This document shows, piece by piece, positions 63,526-64,000 of a stretch of 64,000 nucleotides of DNA (the first letter of the stretch is position 1; every line of letters starts with the position of its first letter). The stretch is from the human T2T-CHM13v2.0 reference genome, Homo sapiens: assembly GCF_009914755.1 (NCBI RefSeq), contig NC_060926.1; one strand, written 5' to 3'. The position numbers were made by a program, and so were the translations under genes. The notes beneath the pieces are model-generated. The model had not been told where the DNA came from. It did not search any database and saw only the letters and a list, made by a program, of their open reading frames with translations.

Positions 63526-63882
63526 TGTCTCAGTCCATTTGGACTATTATAACAAATTCCATAACTGGGGGCTTATAAACAAAAGAAGTTTATTTCTCAC
63601 AACTCTGGAGGCTAAAAGTCCAAGATCAGGAAGCTGGAAAATCCAGCCTGGGAAGGGCCCACTTTCTGGTTCATAGTTGGGACCTTCTTGCCCTAGCCTT
63701 ACCTGGTGGAAGGAGTACAGGAGCTCCCTTGCACCTCTTCCATAAGGGCACCTATCCTATCAGGAGGGCTCCACCCTCATGACCTAATCATCTCCCAAAG
63801 CCCAACCTCCTGATATCACCACCCTGGGGGTTAGGAGTTCAACATAGGAATTTGGGGAGGACATCGCCATTCAGGCCATAGC
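63526..63882 (-). mobile_element. MLT1A/MST MaLR LTR within an old L2-like fragment
   Basis: tgtctcagtccattt..tttatttctcacaactctggaggct..ctcatgacctaatca..caggccatagca. Confidence 0.8.
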
Positions 63883-64000
63883 AAGGTGTCTTTGATGAAT
63901 GAAAGGGTGTGGGATCCATGTCCGAGTGGAAGGGCAGGCCCTTGCTAGGAGCACAGACCCATCATCCATGGAAACAAGAAGGCGGAGTGAACAGGAACAG

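Overview
Primate, almost certainly human, intergenic (or lncRNA-intronic) DNA. I find no credible protein-coding gene, RNA gene or CRISPR array; the supplied ORFs are chance frames in repeats. The window holds about 46 Alu copies or fragments, about 18 LTR or ERV remnants (many nested, with readable target-site duplications, TSDs), DNA-transposon fossils, old L1/L2/MIR pieces, a disabled PPIA processed pseudogene, two strong CTCF motifs and several repeat-poor, enhancer-like islands. The most interesting signals are unusual retrotransposition products. (1) An apparent ~4.8-kb TSD-flanked insertion (38638-43465) whose 5' ~200 bp copies DNA 2.4 kb upstream. (2) An ERV transcript retroposed by L1 (R-U5...U3-R-polyA, 3296-4272). 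(3) A ~250-bp GC-rich foreign fragment inside an Alu that sits inside the PPIA pseudogene. (4) A TSD-flanked 3'UTR-like retrocopy (41117-41462). Repeat family names come from my recall of consensus sequences, not a database search. I could not identify the chromosomal locus.
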